A stretch of 64,000 nt of DNA, from positions 2,976,001 to 3,040,000 of the forward strand of contig JAYWIR010000016.1 of NCBI GenBank assembly GCA_036172245.1. The letters are read 5' to 3'. Below are positions 1 to 14,146 of this stretch, piece after piece. The notes below the pieces were generated by a model that ran no database searches, was not told the origin of the DNA, and was given only the letters and a program-made list of their open reading frames with translations. Source of the DNA: Raillietiella orientalis (taxonomy: Eukaryota). Numbering within the stretch: position 1 is the first letter of the stretch; each line of letters starts with the position of its first letter. The translations under genes were made by a program, and so were the position numbers.

Positions 1-2927
1 CCTTGCGAAATGCACCGTCGGAGAACCCCATCAGCGGAGGTAGCTTTCAAGAGAGTTTCAGTTTTGCACACGTTTCACGAAGAACACTGAATGCTACCCG
101 GCTGTTTGCCGTTGCGAACCTCGGGCGTCACTCGTGGATCGCAGGGAGCATTGGTTCGTGTGGATGTAGTGAATTGAAGTTTGAAAATTCGATAATGGGC
201 TGAAGTTTTTTCTTTCTTTCCTTTTTTTCTTTTCAAGACTTCGAAGATACCTGTGGGCAGCTTTTCCCGGAAATGGATGCAACACGTTTAAGCCACTCCA
301 CTCTTGTAAGAGTAGAATAACTCACGCGAGCGAAGAAACCCTACCTAGCATCAGAAACCCGTATCAGAGGAGCTGGAAGCTGAGCTGCACCCTTTTCTCT
401 GGCGCCTGTGCCAATTGCTGGTTTCCGGATTGCAATACAATGCCGAAAAATCTCATTTCCAGTATCTGTGGCACCAATTTCTTCATAAAGTGAACTCGTG
501 CTTGCAGAAAAAACGCACGGTTTCCGGGTAGGTGATTTCCGTGTTGGTACTTCCCCGAAAATTCCGTACGCCTTTGTAGCTTTTCTTGTACCTCTTTTTG
601 CGCACCGTACGTTGTTGTCTTCCGTTCCGGATTTTCCCGTTGGGAGTAACCGTGGGAATTCTGCCGCCATCTCACCTTTTTTCTTCGCCCTATTTCCCCC
701 CTCCCCCCTTTTTATCTTTCCTTTTTGCGAACCGAGCTGCACATGGAATCGAGAGCGATTGAGTGAGCAGCATTTAGTAATAAGAGCGTTTTGTTCCATT
801 TTATTGAAATCAGGAATGTCCATTCCACTCCCTTCCTTCCAGTGCCTGTCTTGTTCCGGAAGGTTCGATTCGAATCCGGCCAGGTACGTTTCTCCTCCGC
901 TCCTAATTACCGAGCGATTGAATAATTGCATTCGGTTTCCACGTTGCGCAGATGACCTCGAGTGGCCGTCGCGGTTTCTCTTCGAGCCCGTACTTTCTGC
1001 CCTGTGTTGAGCTGCGTTCTTTTAATTTAGCAATTTACTTTGGTCTGTCGATCTTTCTTTTCGGTCTGTCCACCGCCGTTCCACTTTCCAACAGAGAGGC
1101 AAAGCGGAAAAGGTCCGAAGAAATCGGGAATTCGGGGTATCTCAGCCTGTCTTCAGTGTAACGGAAATCCATAGGCCATAATACCGATTTTTCGAGTTCG
1201 TGGATCCCACAGAGTCTTTTGGTGACACGCGAAGAGTCACTGTGCGTTGGAATTCGTGGCAGCCCCGAGGCCCTCGTGGAGAACGCCTTTTGGTCGATGC
1301 CGTGCGTGGCACACGGGAGGCAGAAGGTCTTCGCGGTAGTGACCATGGTTTCCGTGAAGTCTGTACGATGAGCTGTTCTTGTGGGGTGCTGGAAGATTGT
1401 TTTCATCGTTGCTTTTGTGTATATCTGTCGGGCGTGAGTGGTCCGTCCGAGATTTGTGGTACTTATCGGGACAAAAACAAGCAATCGTCAGCTTTTTCAT
1501 AGCAATAGTCACCCGGAGGGTTTATCGTGCACCGAGAAATCTTCTTTTTGCGTACGATGGCCCGGTCGTTGCAAACAGGTTGCCTTTTTTCTTACGTGTT
1601 GCATCTTTAAGTTTTCTCCCTCCTCTAATTTCCTGTTATCTGTAGTTTGACACGGTCGCTGTAAAAGTGTTTTCGTTCCTGAGGTTAGCTGGTGTCTGTT
1701 GGACACCAGCTGACCTCGCTCAGGTAGCGAGGTCGTTAACAGTTGGTGGCCCAAGTTCATATGAGGTAGTAAATAAGGACACCTTGAAGTGGAACGTGAC
1801 TCATGCCATGCAAACCCCCCGTCTTTCGCAATTTTTCATTGAGTAGCGAAGCTGAAAGTTTGTCTTAAATTCCCCCCCCCCCTTTTTTTTTTTTTTCGTT
1901 ATGGGGTTATAATCAAAGTCAGAGGCCAATTTTGAAAGCTTGCCTTCCTCTGAAAGCCCTTTTCTTCCGTCGTCCCAACAGGTGGACTGTGCGTGTGATC
2001 TGACGAAGGGTGGAAACCTATGGGTGGCATTAGTGTTCGTCGCAGAAAGTGTTGTCGATCCCCTTTTCCGTTGCCACAGTGGCCTGGAAGAAGTTTTAGA
2101 AGTTTTTGCAGCGGAAAAATCTGGTGTTCCAAAAAACAGTGATCTTTTCTTCCTTAGGGTGTTGGGCTTTAAGTGCGTTTCTTTTCTTTTTTTTTTTTTT
2201 TTTTTGCAAAACTCTTTGTTTGTAACGAAAACTCACAACTCGAGTCCACATAATTGGGGGGGGGGGGGGGGGCGAAAACGGCACGGATTTCGACGTGAAC
2301 TTTGCGGAATTGGTTATTGCGGAGAATGCGCATGGATTTCCATGCTTGTGGTCAATAAAGGGCATTCGTGTATCGCGTGTCAATTTACGAAATACACTCT
2401 CTGCTTGGAAAGAAATTAGCGGATCTCCGATGCGAGCAGATGCAAATGGATTTGAGAGGTTCTCCGTCAGTGTCGCGTGCATTTTCATGCACTGCGATAT
2501 GTCACATCCCTTGGCTATTTCATCGCCCACGGAACGTGTCGATGTTGGCCTTCTCATTTGTGTAGCTCCGAACGTGATTTCGGTTGCTAGCAGGTAGCTA
2601 TGCAACCGCGAACGTGTGTGAGAACGTCGCAAGTGAACACCTCGCGGAACATACCTTCATTTTACTTAGTCGTACCTAAGAGATATGGCCGATGCTACCA
2701 GTGATCTTGATGTGTTCGGTTGCTACCACGTGGAAAGCTGTCGCCATCGCTACGCCAGTGGGAGCAGAGGGTCAGTAGGCTGTTGTGCGTTGGTCGTCGT
2801 TGATCGTGGACTCGATGGTGGTACTCTGGTTTCCTTTGCATTCTGGTTTTCGGTCTCTTCGATGGTAGCAGAAGATTTGCACCCACCGCTTTTGGTTGGG
2901 GAAGGGGGAGGGGGGAGGCTTTATAGC

Positions 2928-5900
2928 TTAAAACTCAGTGTCTTTGGTCGTGTTTTGAGTCGAGTACATGTCCATTTCGTGGTCCACCCACTTATCGGTG
3001 GCTCCGTCGTGCGCATACACGAAAGCCATCATGGGGGAACTGCTGGATGTTCGTTGACAGAACTTTTGGGGTTCTCGAACTCTTGTCCAGTCTCTCCTGT
3101 TCTTCGAAGAGCTGCTCGCGTTGCTCTTTCGGCTCATCACCGACATGCTGTCCCCAAAGTCTCCTCCGAACAAATCTGTAAAACAGCACCGGGTGAGCAC
3201 ATGGTTTTAGCAACCTGTTGAGAGAAAGAAATGCGGAAGCACCAAAGCGTTCTAGAGGAGTGTAGCAGTTTCCAAATGTGCCGTATTGGGAACACCTTTA
3301 TAGTACACACCTGCGTGGGGTGATACTGAAACGAAGTGTGGATGCCCCTCTGTCCAGTGTTGCTTCCCGTTCATGGGCGGAAAATTCTGGAAGTCACCGA
3401 TGTTTCGAGACTGGTACCTCTTTTTTGTTGACAGACGGGAGGAGTAGGAAAGATGAGAAACGTGTGATCGAGAGTCTTCTGGAATGTAGCTTCCGTTGAT
3501 CGTTCCTAGCAAGGAAAAAAAGAGAGAGAAAAAAATTAATGTTTCACTTGCAATGCGTTTGTTTTGTTCTTGCATTCACAGAGAGCTCTTAAAGTGGCAA
3601 AAGCATTCTGCGAACCACATGGACTTTGATTTTTTTTTTCATTATCCGATCGATCGCGGTCATTAGCGGTCAAAGGCTTCTTCCAAACACTCCCACGGTG
3701 TGCGGCAGACCCCAGCAGCTTGTTTCGTTCTTTCGCATGTGCGAACTTTGAATTCCTTCTAACCTTTCTCCAAGTCGACCATCTGCGCCCGTGGGATGCT
3801 GCCGGTGCTGAACATGGAGATCTGGTCCCAGTCCTTGGGGTTCCCCATTAGGCTGCCCAAGCTCGCCAAGGGAGGCTCCATGGAATTGTAAATGTGCAGA
3901 GGCTTCTCTTTCATCTTGCTAGAATCTCTTTTGCTGTTGATGCATATGAAGACGAGCACCGCCAGGATCACCGTCCCGCATATGGCTGCGCTCGCTGTTA
4001 TGATTATCTTGTCCAAGTACGAATGCACGTTGGCTTCCGTCCTGACTTCTCTGCACTGATCCAGTGGGGTGTTGAACGGGGTCACCTGCTTGCTGTTGTC
4101 CGTGAGCACCACGCAGACTACGATGCACTCCTAACGAGAAAGAACAACAACTCGTGGTCAGGTGCGCGAGTCGGAGTTAAAGCTCCCGTCCCTACCGACG
4201 GCGGAACGTTGCTGATCTTGAATTCCCTCGTGTGGGGATCCAAGGCCGTGCTCAGCTTCAGGTTGTAGTCTCCGAACAGCCTGTAGGCCACCCGGAAGCC
4301 GCTGGCGGGAGAGCGGTTCGCTTCCCACTCTATGATCACGTTGTCGCCTGCCTTGAAGGCGTTTTTGATCCGGAGCGGCGCCAGTACGGACTTCCTGTTT
4401 GTGAACTTGCCCACCAGCTTGGTGTTGGGATGTGGTGGAGGATCCAGGGTGGTCTTCCTCGTGCCCTGCCTGCTTGGCAGGTCAGGAGTGAACGCCAGAA
4501 CGTCCGGGACAGGGATCCCGCTGTCTGCCGCCGGAGCCCGCGATCTGTGCTCCAAGGGTGGTGGTGGTGGTGCCTGCGTGGCAGACTGGTAGACACTCGT
4601 CATGGTGGCATTCGTGGTAGGGTATTTCTTCAGAAGTCCGGCTGTCGTCTGCGTTGTGAGGAGCGAGCCCTGCGAGCACGTCAGTTCTGGAAATTCGATT
4701 CCCCGCTTTCCGAAATTTTTGGCCGGGAAGTTTACCTTGAGGTTGCAACTGGTACAAGGATTTGCTCCTGAATTTTACGGGTGTCCCGCAGAACTGCGGA
4801 TTCCGTTCTCTGCTTGTCACTTGCAGATTGGTTTCGTGCATCCATTCAACGATCCATCGGGCCTGACAGTCGCAACGAAAGAATCTCCCGCCTACGCTGA
4901 GGCCTCGAAGCGTTCCCTTCAGGTGCGCGAAAGCTTCTTTCGGAGCGACTGTCAAGGGGTTGCCATCCAAGGCCAGGAGATTAAGCATGTTGAGAGCTTT
5001 GAAGGCGTCCTTGGGCACTTCCCGAATAAGATTGAAGCCAAGATCCAGAACCTGGAAGTACTTGCCCGTGAGGAGGGTCAACGGGACATCTGGTTGTGCT
5101 CCGTCGGATCCTGAAAGAGGCAGTCGCGCGACTGTGGTAAACCTCCCACCCCGTGGTGACCAACGCTCGTTAAGATCGAATGCTTTCACCGTAACGAGTC
5201 CTGGCAACGCGCCCAGATTTCGTGACCATGAGTACGTGGCCGCGAAATCGTAGGTGACCGCCTCCCCTACTAGGGTATACTCCTCGGGTTTGGTAATCTG
5301 ACTCGACTGTGCGGCCAGCTTCTGTGCCTTTTAATCGTTGCTTGTAATGGTAACTTGACGGAAGTGAAATATAAAGGTTCCTGTACCTTCAAGTGTTCCT
5401 TGGGAAGATTTTGCCGGGGATCGATTGATTGAGGGACGGGATACACATTGACACGTAGTGAGTGCGTATTCGTCCCGTTTTCTGTGATGAGTAGGGTGGT
5501 CGGATTGCGTTTCTCGCGCGTCGCTGGTCTCTCGATTCTTGGATACCTTTTATCCCATCGCCTGGGGGGTTCTTCTTGAAAAGCCCTATCTCTCTCCGTA
5601 GCAGTGATTTTAGCCCTCAGGAGAGGGAGAGGACGCGATCTGCGTTTCCACTGATATCCCGGGAGTCATGCTCAGAAGGAAACGCGTGAAGTCCGCAGCT
5701 GGGGTGTATTTTGACTCTTGAGAGCCGTAGGCAGCTTTCGTGGCGGTGGTCAAAGTAAATGGATGTGATTGCTGGGTTCTTTTCATCTTCAAGGCAATCC
5801 TTAGATCCTGTCGCCCAAATTTCGTTTTCCCATTTAAAGCGAAGCTTTAAGTTCTGTTTGGGCGAGAAAGTGTGCTGCTGCGATTGCTGCACTGACTTCG

Positions 5901-8722
5901 GGGAAGAAGTCCTCTCGACTGAACATTGGTCAAACAAACGCGCGAGTACCGTCGTATAAGACGACGATGTCCAGTATCCCGATGCTCCGAACTTCCCCGT
6001 GACAGGAGCCATGCGGTACAATCTGACTGAAGTCTGTGAAATGTTTGCAATGGACCAGAGAGGGATCTCGGATAAAAGCCACAGTGCCGCGGATCCGTCG
6101 TCTCCCTTCGGTGAAGCTCCGGCAATTTTTATTACTTTGGTGTTCTGGGTGCAGGTTACAGTTCGGTTCCCAGCCTGTTTTCCTGCCTATTCACATGCAT
6201 CCTAACATCGGGCACTCCAGGAGCGTGACGAACCAGATGAATCGCTCCTTGGTTGGCCACCCGCGTTCCAATGCGCGGTGCACCAAGAGGTGCTCTGATT
6301 GTCGACAGGACGTCGAGGTCTTCGCTTCGTCACGTTGAGTCGAGACACATTCAAAGAAATCCCAAAGTGTCCGAGCTTCCCGCGTTTCTCGAGAAACCAT
6401 GGGAGCTATAGTTGCCGTGCTCCGCAAGTCCCAGGGCCTTTCTCACGTGGCACAGTGTGAGCATTCTCGAGCCGCTGACCAGGAGAGATTGTCTTCATCA
6501 TGTACAAGGGGTACGACGAGCCCGCGGTTTTCAGAGCTCGCGTCTGTTCACGAATCCGGGTGGTTTACCTGCAGTGCACGAGCATACCGACTTTCTTCGG
6601 CGAGCACGGTAAGGATGGTGGGGACCTCGCCTAGCTGAAGGGTGTGTGACGATGGGTCCGAACATCGAAACCCACGCGGATCATTCTGCAGCAGCGTTGT
6701 TCCGGGAAACGATCTCGTCCCACCAACGCTGACTGCGCCGTAAAAGAAAAAGAAATTGCCTTTTCATTACCGGAAATCTGCTCGATCTGTTGGAGCGGAA
6801 CGCGGGCTACATGCGTGACGGCTACGCGTCTCAGTTCACCACGAACGGTGTTCTGGCCGTTGCCATGAGAGCGCCGTGGGATGTCTGCCTTGACAATCTC
6901 GCAGCAATGGGAGCCCGTAAACGGCTGAATCCGTAAATTACTTTAGGGCGATACCTTAGCGAGAGTTCTTCGCATGCGAGGAGGACCTGGATGCTGAGAA
7001 CCGAGGAAAACCGGGGAAAAAAAAGAGTGGGATTTGGCCCCAAGTTGAAAAATATTCCTCGAGTAAAAGAGCAGAGCGATGTTCTCGGAGGGCCGAGTGG
7101 AAACCACTGGTGATGAGGTCTTCGTCCGTCTGACTCGAGTGACTGCCACTTCCTTAAATAAAGTGCTCTCCATATATGATTAGCGAGCCTGCAAGCACAA
7201 AGCCCTTCCGAGGAGGCAAGGGCACGTGCCCACGCTGTTAGACCTTTCTTACACCAGCCCTTTTTTTTTTTCTCCCTATGCCTGAAGGCGTTCCGGGCTA
7301 CTGCTTTTGGCGGGAGGAAGATTCCAAAGGGTACTTGCGTTTTCAAGAATAATGCGGCGAATTCGGAGGAGCTGATGGTTTTCGTCATTGGAGGACTACG
7401 CTTTCCCGGAACTATCGTTATTCCGTTCTTCCGGTTCGGTCGTTTTAGCTTGTCCGCGGTTTCGACGGGAGGTCCCGAGGATTAACGAGGGAGACACCCG
7501 ATGCAACGGGACACTGGCGCGCTCGTCCGTCACGGAGTGGCGCCGTTGGATGTGACAACAGCGGGCGCGCGATCCCGGAATGGTAAGGCAATGAGCCTCG
7601 CGATCTTCGGGACCAGAAAGACGAACACGGAGAACGCGCGGCCCGAACGAGGATGCTCCCATCCCCGCCGTCCCGTTTTTTCCGCTTCCGCATCTCTCGC
7701 CCGACACCACAGCCGTTCCCGGCCCGTTCGGGCGAAAGCGGTGGGGGTGCCGACCGCTTTTGTCCGATTCGTGCGCCGCCCGCTCCCCCCCCCTACTTGT
7801 CTTCAGGGAGGTTCGCCCTGTGCGGTGATCCGATTCTCACGAACAAAACCGTGATCTGGTTGCTTACCCGTAGTCTCGCCGTCCCGGAAAGAGCTTTCCC
7901 GGGAAATTCCCTGAGCAGGTTGTTCAGCAAGCTCACTGAAGTGAGACTGTTGCTCACTTTGACAAAGGCCTCGCCGTCCAAATGCGATATCAGATTTCTC
8001 TCCAGATTGAGAGCGGTCAGCGATTTGGCATTCCAGAAAGCGTCCCCCTTGACACTCGTGATTTCGTTGCGAGCCAGGTCCAGGTAGACGAGCGATCTCA
8101 GGTTCTGGATGGCCGCGGGCACGGCTTGCTGTTTCGTCCCCCTGAGGTCCAGCTTTTTCAGCGTGCCTTCGATGCCGCCGAACGACGAGGGGGACAACGT
8201 CAGGTTGTTGTCCCCTAGCTTCAGAGTTTCGAGCGGCAGTGCGCTGAACGCGTCGTCGGGCACGTGGGTGATGCGATTTCCGGAGAGGTCCAGCAGGGAT
8301 AGGCGGCCGAGGTTTCTCAGGGCCACGATGGGGACACCCCTCAGCTCATTCTGGGGCAGTTTCAAACTCTGCAACGTGTTCTCTTGACCGCGAAGAGCCC
8401 TCTCCTCAACTGTGTGCACGTTGCAGTTGTGGATGTGGAGATTCTGGATTGCCAGGTTCTCCAGGGTGCCGTTCCTCAACACTCCGACGGAGGTGTTGGA
8501 AACGTGCAGCAGGTTTATGGTCTCCCCCGGTGTCCCCATGTTCAGGGCACGGATCAACAGGGAGTAGTTCGCGCGGGTACACTGCACGAACACTTCGGAT
8601 ACGAAATTTTTTGCACAGGAGCACGAGTAGGTCAGGTCGATCCAGTTCATTCCCCAGGGACACTCTGCCAGCGCTCTGGTCCAGAAAATGACGGTTAGGA
8701 TCCAGCTCGCCTTCCCGTACAT
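2928..8722 (-). CDS. haf: LRR + LRRCT + FN3-like + transmembrane protein, hattifattener-like. Coding exons 8722-7868, 5051-4736, 4686-4196, 4130-3764, 3505-3311, 3175-2928.
   Basis: Signal peptide (MYGKASWILTVIFWTRALA), Cys cap, tandem LxxLxLxxN repeats, CDC..W..W LRRCT, FN3-like segment (GFRVAYRLFGD...ECIVVCV...QCREVRT) and TM helix (IIITASAAICGTVILAVLVFICI). Cytoplasmic motifs DWDQISMFS..SIPR and W.DHEMDMY are recalled from haf. All five introns are GT-AG and phase-consistent. Confidence 0.85.
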
Positions 8723-8913
8723 GCTGAAGCCGTAGGGCCGCTACGCGAATCTGAAAGGATGAAAAAACTCACACAGGGAAGGCAGGGAAGGTGACCACGG
8801 CGGATGACACCACGACACGCAGACGGACGCGCTTGAGTCGAATGGTATTCACGACGTGGAGTAGTCCGAGAGCCTTCATGGCGAGCGTTCCTTTCCGGTG
8901 TCCCATGCATTTT

Positions 8914-8914
<1 letters not shown>

Positions 8915-8938
<24 letters not shown>
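8915..8938. repeat. (CT)n microsatellite, about 12 units
   Basis: Read directly from the sequence. Confidence 0.9.
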
Positions 8939-8944
<6 letters not shown>

Positions 8945-11900
8945 TTCATTTCTTTTATGTGTTTTTGGCGGGATGGATACGAGGCGACACGTTGCGCGCA
9001 CGGGTCACGCACATCCTGAAGGAAACTGGGGAACAAGTGCTCAAGACGTACGGGAGGGTTTCCATCGACGGGGTTTACCACGCAAGCAGCGGCCGTGGGG
9101 AATTAGTTACCCGAGAGGTGCTCGGGGAGGTAGCTGGGGCCAGAACGGGGGGGAGGGAGGGGGGTATGCGCCGAGTGCTCGAAGCGCGAGGGGCGCATTT
9201 CGGTGGGCGTTTTCCGATTCGACGGCATTCGGGGTGCACCATTCCCCGTCGCGTAGTGCTCGGGTGCCGTACACTAACGGTGCACCGCGGTGAACGAGTG
9301 CCTGCAGCGAGTGGCGCTTGCGTTTTCGGCTCGTGGTGTCGCTTCCACCCGTCTCTCCCGCCGGAGCGAACCTCAGTCGGAGGCTGCGCCCGGCTCCTCA
9401 AGAAAAGCGGACCGTCCTCCGGTTCGCAGGGTCTTCTTTTTTTAAAGCGCTCGCGCGTTTCCTCTTTTCGCGGGCGCGCACTTTCTCCGGTCGCGAGCGT
9501 CCAGCGGCACGAGGCGCGCCAGGGATGCGGGGGTTCTGCCCCGCGGCCGGCAATCGCGACTGTTTTTTTTGTTCTTGTTCTGGGAATGGGCTGGGTAAAC
9601 AAGCCCTCCCCCCTTCTTCCCTTCCGTGGCGGCCGCGTGCGACAAACTGTGCGGAGTTCACATGTGTGGTTCTCACGATCAACGGGTCTTCCGCGATTTG
9701 AGCGCGTTCCTCGCTCTCTCTCGCCCTCGACGACGACGTTCCGTGTGGTCTCAAATTGCTCGAAATCATTTGCCATGAGCGTGGCCGTTCACTTTTTTAA
9801 TGGTGGTTATTGAAAGATGCGCGTTCGCTTCCCCCGGGAATCGGTTTCTTGCCGAAGCCGCGCTTTTCGCGAGCCTGCGGATGCCGTCGGGGTTCGGAGT
9901 CACCCCTGACGCCCTCCCTCTGGGCGTTGTCGAACCCATCCGTCGGAGGCCGACAGACACACAAACACCGTCTTGCCCCCAACGGCGACACGTGCACGCG
10001 TGGATAGGCTCGTCAGCAGCTCCGTACCACCACCACCTTCCGCGGTGTTCCCGCTGTTCACGCTCGTTTTGTGGCGATGCCTTCCGCACGAAAGAAAAAA
10101 AAAAAAAATTCTCGGCGAGCCCCGGTAAAAGAAAAAAAAAAAAAAAAAAAACGGATGACAGACCAGCGGTCAGGTACCCCGAAAACGGAACGCCGCATCG
10201 ACCGGTAGCGCGTCGTCATCTTCGACCTTCAACGCGCTATCGCCAAAGACCAGGCGTCCCCCCGGGTTCGATTCCCGCAAACACGCGTGGAAAAAAAGGG
10301 AACATTCTGATCGCAGACAAACGGCGAACCCTGCTTGAGCAGGAAGCGTACCACGGGGATGGAACACGTGGTCATCCCGCTATGCGTGTGTGTGTTTTTG
10401 CCGAACCGTTTGGTGAACCACCGATCGCTACGCGGAGCGTGCACGAAATCTGTTTACCTGCACAGTGTCCTCCGAGTGCTGCCCCTGTAGACCATGGCTT
10501 GCCTCAGAGCAAAAGTAGGGCCGGCTCGACGCGAGGGCGGTGAAGGCTCATCAAGGACGGGCCACGGACCGGCTCCATTCGGCGAAACGTCCTCCGATCT
10601 GTGTGTTTTCGTTTTCGATCTCGTTTCCCTCCGCAGCCGCCGCAGCCGTCGCTCAAGCACGCATCGTGCTCTCACATGTGGAGGCCGCGCATTCCACAGT
10701 CGAGCGTCTTTCGAAGGGTCACAAGCACTGAGAAATGGAAAGTCCTCAAGCGGTTCCCCCCCCCCCCTCTCCCTGTTGGTCGCCGCTCTAGTGGCGAACT
10801 CTACAACACAGAACGGAAGGAATGCAAAGCGTGAAAGGGAAAGCCCTGGGCGGCGCGAACCACCTTTTGGGGGGGGGGGGGGCTTTCGCCATTTCTTGCG
10901 CGGAGCCTCGATGAAACGTTAGGACGTGTAAACAGCGCGTGTCTCCTGCCTGCTACGTGTGCGCGGCGCCATCGGGGGGAGTCGGACCACGCGCCCACGT
11001 GCACGCGACGACTCTCTGTCCCGTTTCTTGGACATCCAGATCAGTTGGCCCCTTCGGGTTTTTAACAGCGGGGCAGCTGCCCTTCGTCTCGCAGAGCACC
11101 GCGCGTACGATGCAGCAAGTCGTGGTCTCGGGAAAGTCCTCGTCTGTTTCGCGTTCTGCGACGAAGGTGGGGGGTGGTGGGAAGCTGGCTCGCTCGACCC
11201 GAGACCCGCTGGTCACTGCTGCCTGTCGGTAGCGGGCACGGCCAAACGCAGGGCGAGCAAACGCGAGGGCGCACAAAGTCTTGCTGACACGCATAGGGCG
11301 CCCGAGCACGTGTCGGCGCCTTCCCCCCTCCCCCCTTTCCCAGTTTCGTCCAGAAGCTCGCAAGCCTGCTTTTTCCTGGCTGTTTTGTAATCCCCCCTTC
11401 CTCTCGGAACGAAGTTCGAAATTCGCGGTGCTCCCTTCGAGGTCTCCTCGTTGCCGTCGTCCAGAACACCTCCAGGTGGTGCGCGCGGGTACACCGTCTC
11501 GCAGAGGACGTGCGTTCCGCGCAGAGATCTGCACCGCCTGCTGCTGTCGGCGCTCGACGTGCTCTGCCGCGTTAATTTTAGATCCACCATTTATTATCAT
11601 CATTTTTTTTTTTTTTTTTAATCGTCCCGTGGGAATTTCGGGAGGCTAATTATAACCACTCCCACTTCGATGGAAAGGGGAGGAAACGGATAAAACGGAA
11701 GGAGTGAACGCGCGCCGTGGGTGCCAGATGGATTTTTGCCGTTCGCGCCGAGTGGCTGCGACCTTTCGGGTGGTTTATGAAACTTGCGTGGTTCGCGTGG
11801 TTTCGTGAGAAATGCGTAACCACCTGCTCCTTTCGCGTTTTGTACGCCTCCAGGTTGTTTTTTTTTTTTCTTCTTCTTCTTTCTGTCTTTCTTACAGACG

Positions 11901-14146
11901 GCAGTTCGAATTGGTTTCGTTTTTTTCCACAGACCCGCGTTGGCGGCTCCGCGGTCTCCGCGCGCGGTGCCAAGCGTCATTTTTCCGGGTCCCAATTCGG
12001 TTTCCTTTCTTTTCGTCTCTGGGATCTGGTCTGCCTGTCGGCCGTTGGGCGTTCCACCTACCTGGGCAGTATCCGCAGCCTTTGGGGATGTGTCCAGGAT
12101 GGGATTCTGCTTCGGCAGCTCCTGATGTCCATCACTCATCCGGACGAGCCCCTTCGAAGTGGCCCGACGTTGCTTCTCCCGATCCTCTCTCACTTCCTCC
12201 TTTCTGATCACGACGCTCGCGATGAAGAGGCGAACTGTTGCTCCTCACCATGGGAGCGTGGCCGTCCCCTTCAAACGGCCCCGTCGGGGATTTCCATTCC
12301 TTGTGCCTGGGCCCGTCACCACCCTCGGCGCCGCCTTCCAGTCTTCGTGCTGCCTTGGGTAGGGGAGAACGTGGAGCTTAGTCCCACACGCCATGCAGAA
12401 CTCGTCCCGGACGTTGCCTGTCGAACGTTCAGCTCTCGATCCACCCGGGATTCCTCCGTGGGTAAAACGGGAAGGATCCCGTCCTGGGGGCCTGGTGGCA
12501 GGTCGCTCCTCCAGACTGTCGTTGCAGCCGCTCGCTGGTTCGCGTCCCGAAACGGGTGGCAGTTCCGTAGCGAGGACATTGTCATTCCTGCTTTTTATTT
12601 TTTATGTTTTGAAGGAAGGAGCAGGAAGGGAATGAGGGTTTCCCAGCATTCTGTTTTGAGATGCTGGCCTACGCGTTGCCGTCTTGGTTCTTCCGCGTTT
12701 CGCGTACGCGTACCTTCCTTTGAGATCTTCCGGGTGCGGATCGCATGAGGCGCCGCTTTGCGGACTCTTTCGGAAACTCCCTTCCTTCCTGAGTTCGTGT
12801 GTCTTCCAGGCTCATGGACCCGATTCGAGGCAGCTCATGCAACGCGCTGTTCCATCAGTTCCAGGTATGCCTCTCCCTTCTTCCTTCTGCCCTCCCCGGA
12901 CCCACACGCGGATGGCTCCGTGGGGAGGGGGAGAATTTCGTCCCCCGGACAGGTCGCATGAGCGGGGAACGGAGGAGCACCGGGAAATCGGGAGCTTCCG
13001 TCCCGACAGGTTGTCCCGGGGCGACGACGGCCACCAGCGGCGACCCGTTCCACAATTCCCCTCCCCCCGCTCCGCCATCCTCGCACTGCTGCTCGTAGAT
13101 GTGCCCTGCAGGAGGCGACTCCATCGCACTGCTTGCTCACGGCTGCCCGCAGCACCAGGCCGGCCGCTCCTGAAGGTCATGGGACGCGGAGCTCTACTTT
13201 CCAGAGAAAAGGAAGATGCAGGGAGGGCAGAGGTTGCGCATCTATGTGGTACCTTCCATTTTCCTCTCCTCTTCCCCTTCTCCCTCGAAGAAGCCAAAGC
13301 CCGGAGAGATCCCTCCGGCACGCGCGGATTCTCGCTCCCGTGCCTTCTGGGTGCTTATGGGGATGCTCTTGAAAAATAAGCCGTTTCCATGGCTTCGGGA
13401 ATCCCAGCGCGAGACGCGCTCGCAACAGCGAGGGGGGGGCTCTCTCGGCGGATCGGTTTTCGCTTCTTTCGTCCTTCGTCCTCCTCTCCCCCTCCTCCGT
13501 GCGTGTTTTCACCCGCTCGTTGACGGGATCCCTTCACGATTGCGGAGAGGAGGAGGGGGGAGGGAGAGAGAGAGAGGAAATGCCATTTCCTGTTATCAGC
13601 ATGCCTTCTCGCGTCCGCAAGCCGTTATTCCTCGGAGTACCCTTTTCGCTGTGTTCGTCGGTTGGGGAGCTAGCCTGTGTCCATAGTTGGCATGGACGCA
13701 TCCTCGGAGGGGAGAGACGGGAGCGGAAGGAACCGTTGGACCACAACGGTGTCTTCCACTCATCTCTGGGAAAAGGGATTTGGAAGGGGGAGGGAACGCC
13801 CTTTTTGGAGGGGGGTTGGAATTGAAGGGCGGAAAAAGGGACGACGACGATCGCGAGCGCGCCTCGATGGACTCAGGGTTACCCTTTTTCTGCGCGCGCG
13901 CACCTTCTCGCTGTGCTCCCTGCTGCAGTTCGCGTCCACTGCGCCGCTCCTTCGGCTTCCTGTCTCCCTCTTCCTGGTGCTCCCTGGTCCGGATTCTCTG
14001 GCAGGGCGCGACCCAAAGGCCTATGGGCGCAGCTCTTCGCCTGATGAGGGGAAAAGCTCCTCCTCTTCCTCCCGGTATCCCTGGAAGCCGCCGTGCCGGG
14101 AGGAGTCAGAGGTCGGCTCGTGATCCCGTGGCGCCGATCGTTTCAG

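Noticed and set aside
1..2900. Short ORFs and splice-like signals (for example near 237, 842-882, 951)
   Set aside because: No recognisable protein motif and no consistent exon chain; may be UTR or a fragment of an unidentified gene.
5052..7867. ORFs inside haf-like intron 1, including an apparent N-terminal extension of ORF 4482..5207
   Set aside because: The true exon starts at 5051; the other frames show no domain signal.
12105..12125. CTGCTTCGGCAG resembling the U6 5' stem-loop
   Set aside because: No ACAGAGA box or any downstream U6 sequence.
8791..14000. Long overlapping Arg/Pro/Gly/Ser-rich ORFs
   Set aside because: Expected from GC-rich, stop-poor noncoding DNA; no homology recognised.
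14041..14060. CTGATGAG hammerhead-like core (also near 59134)
   Set aside because: No stem II followed by GAAA.
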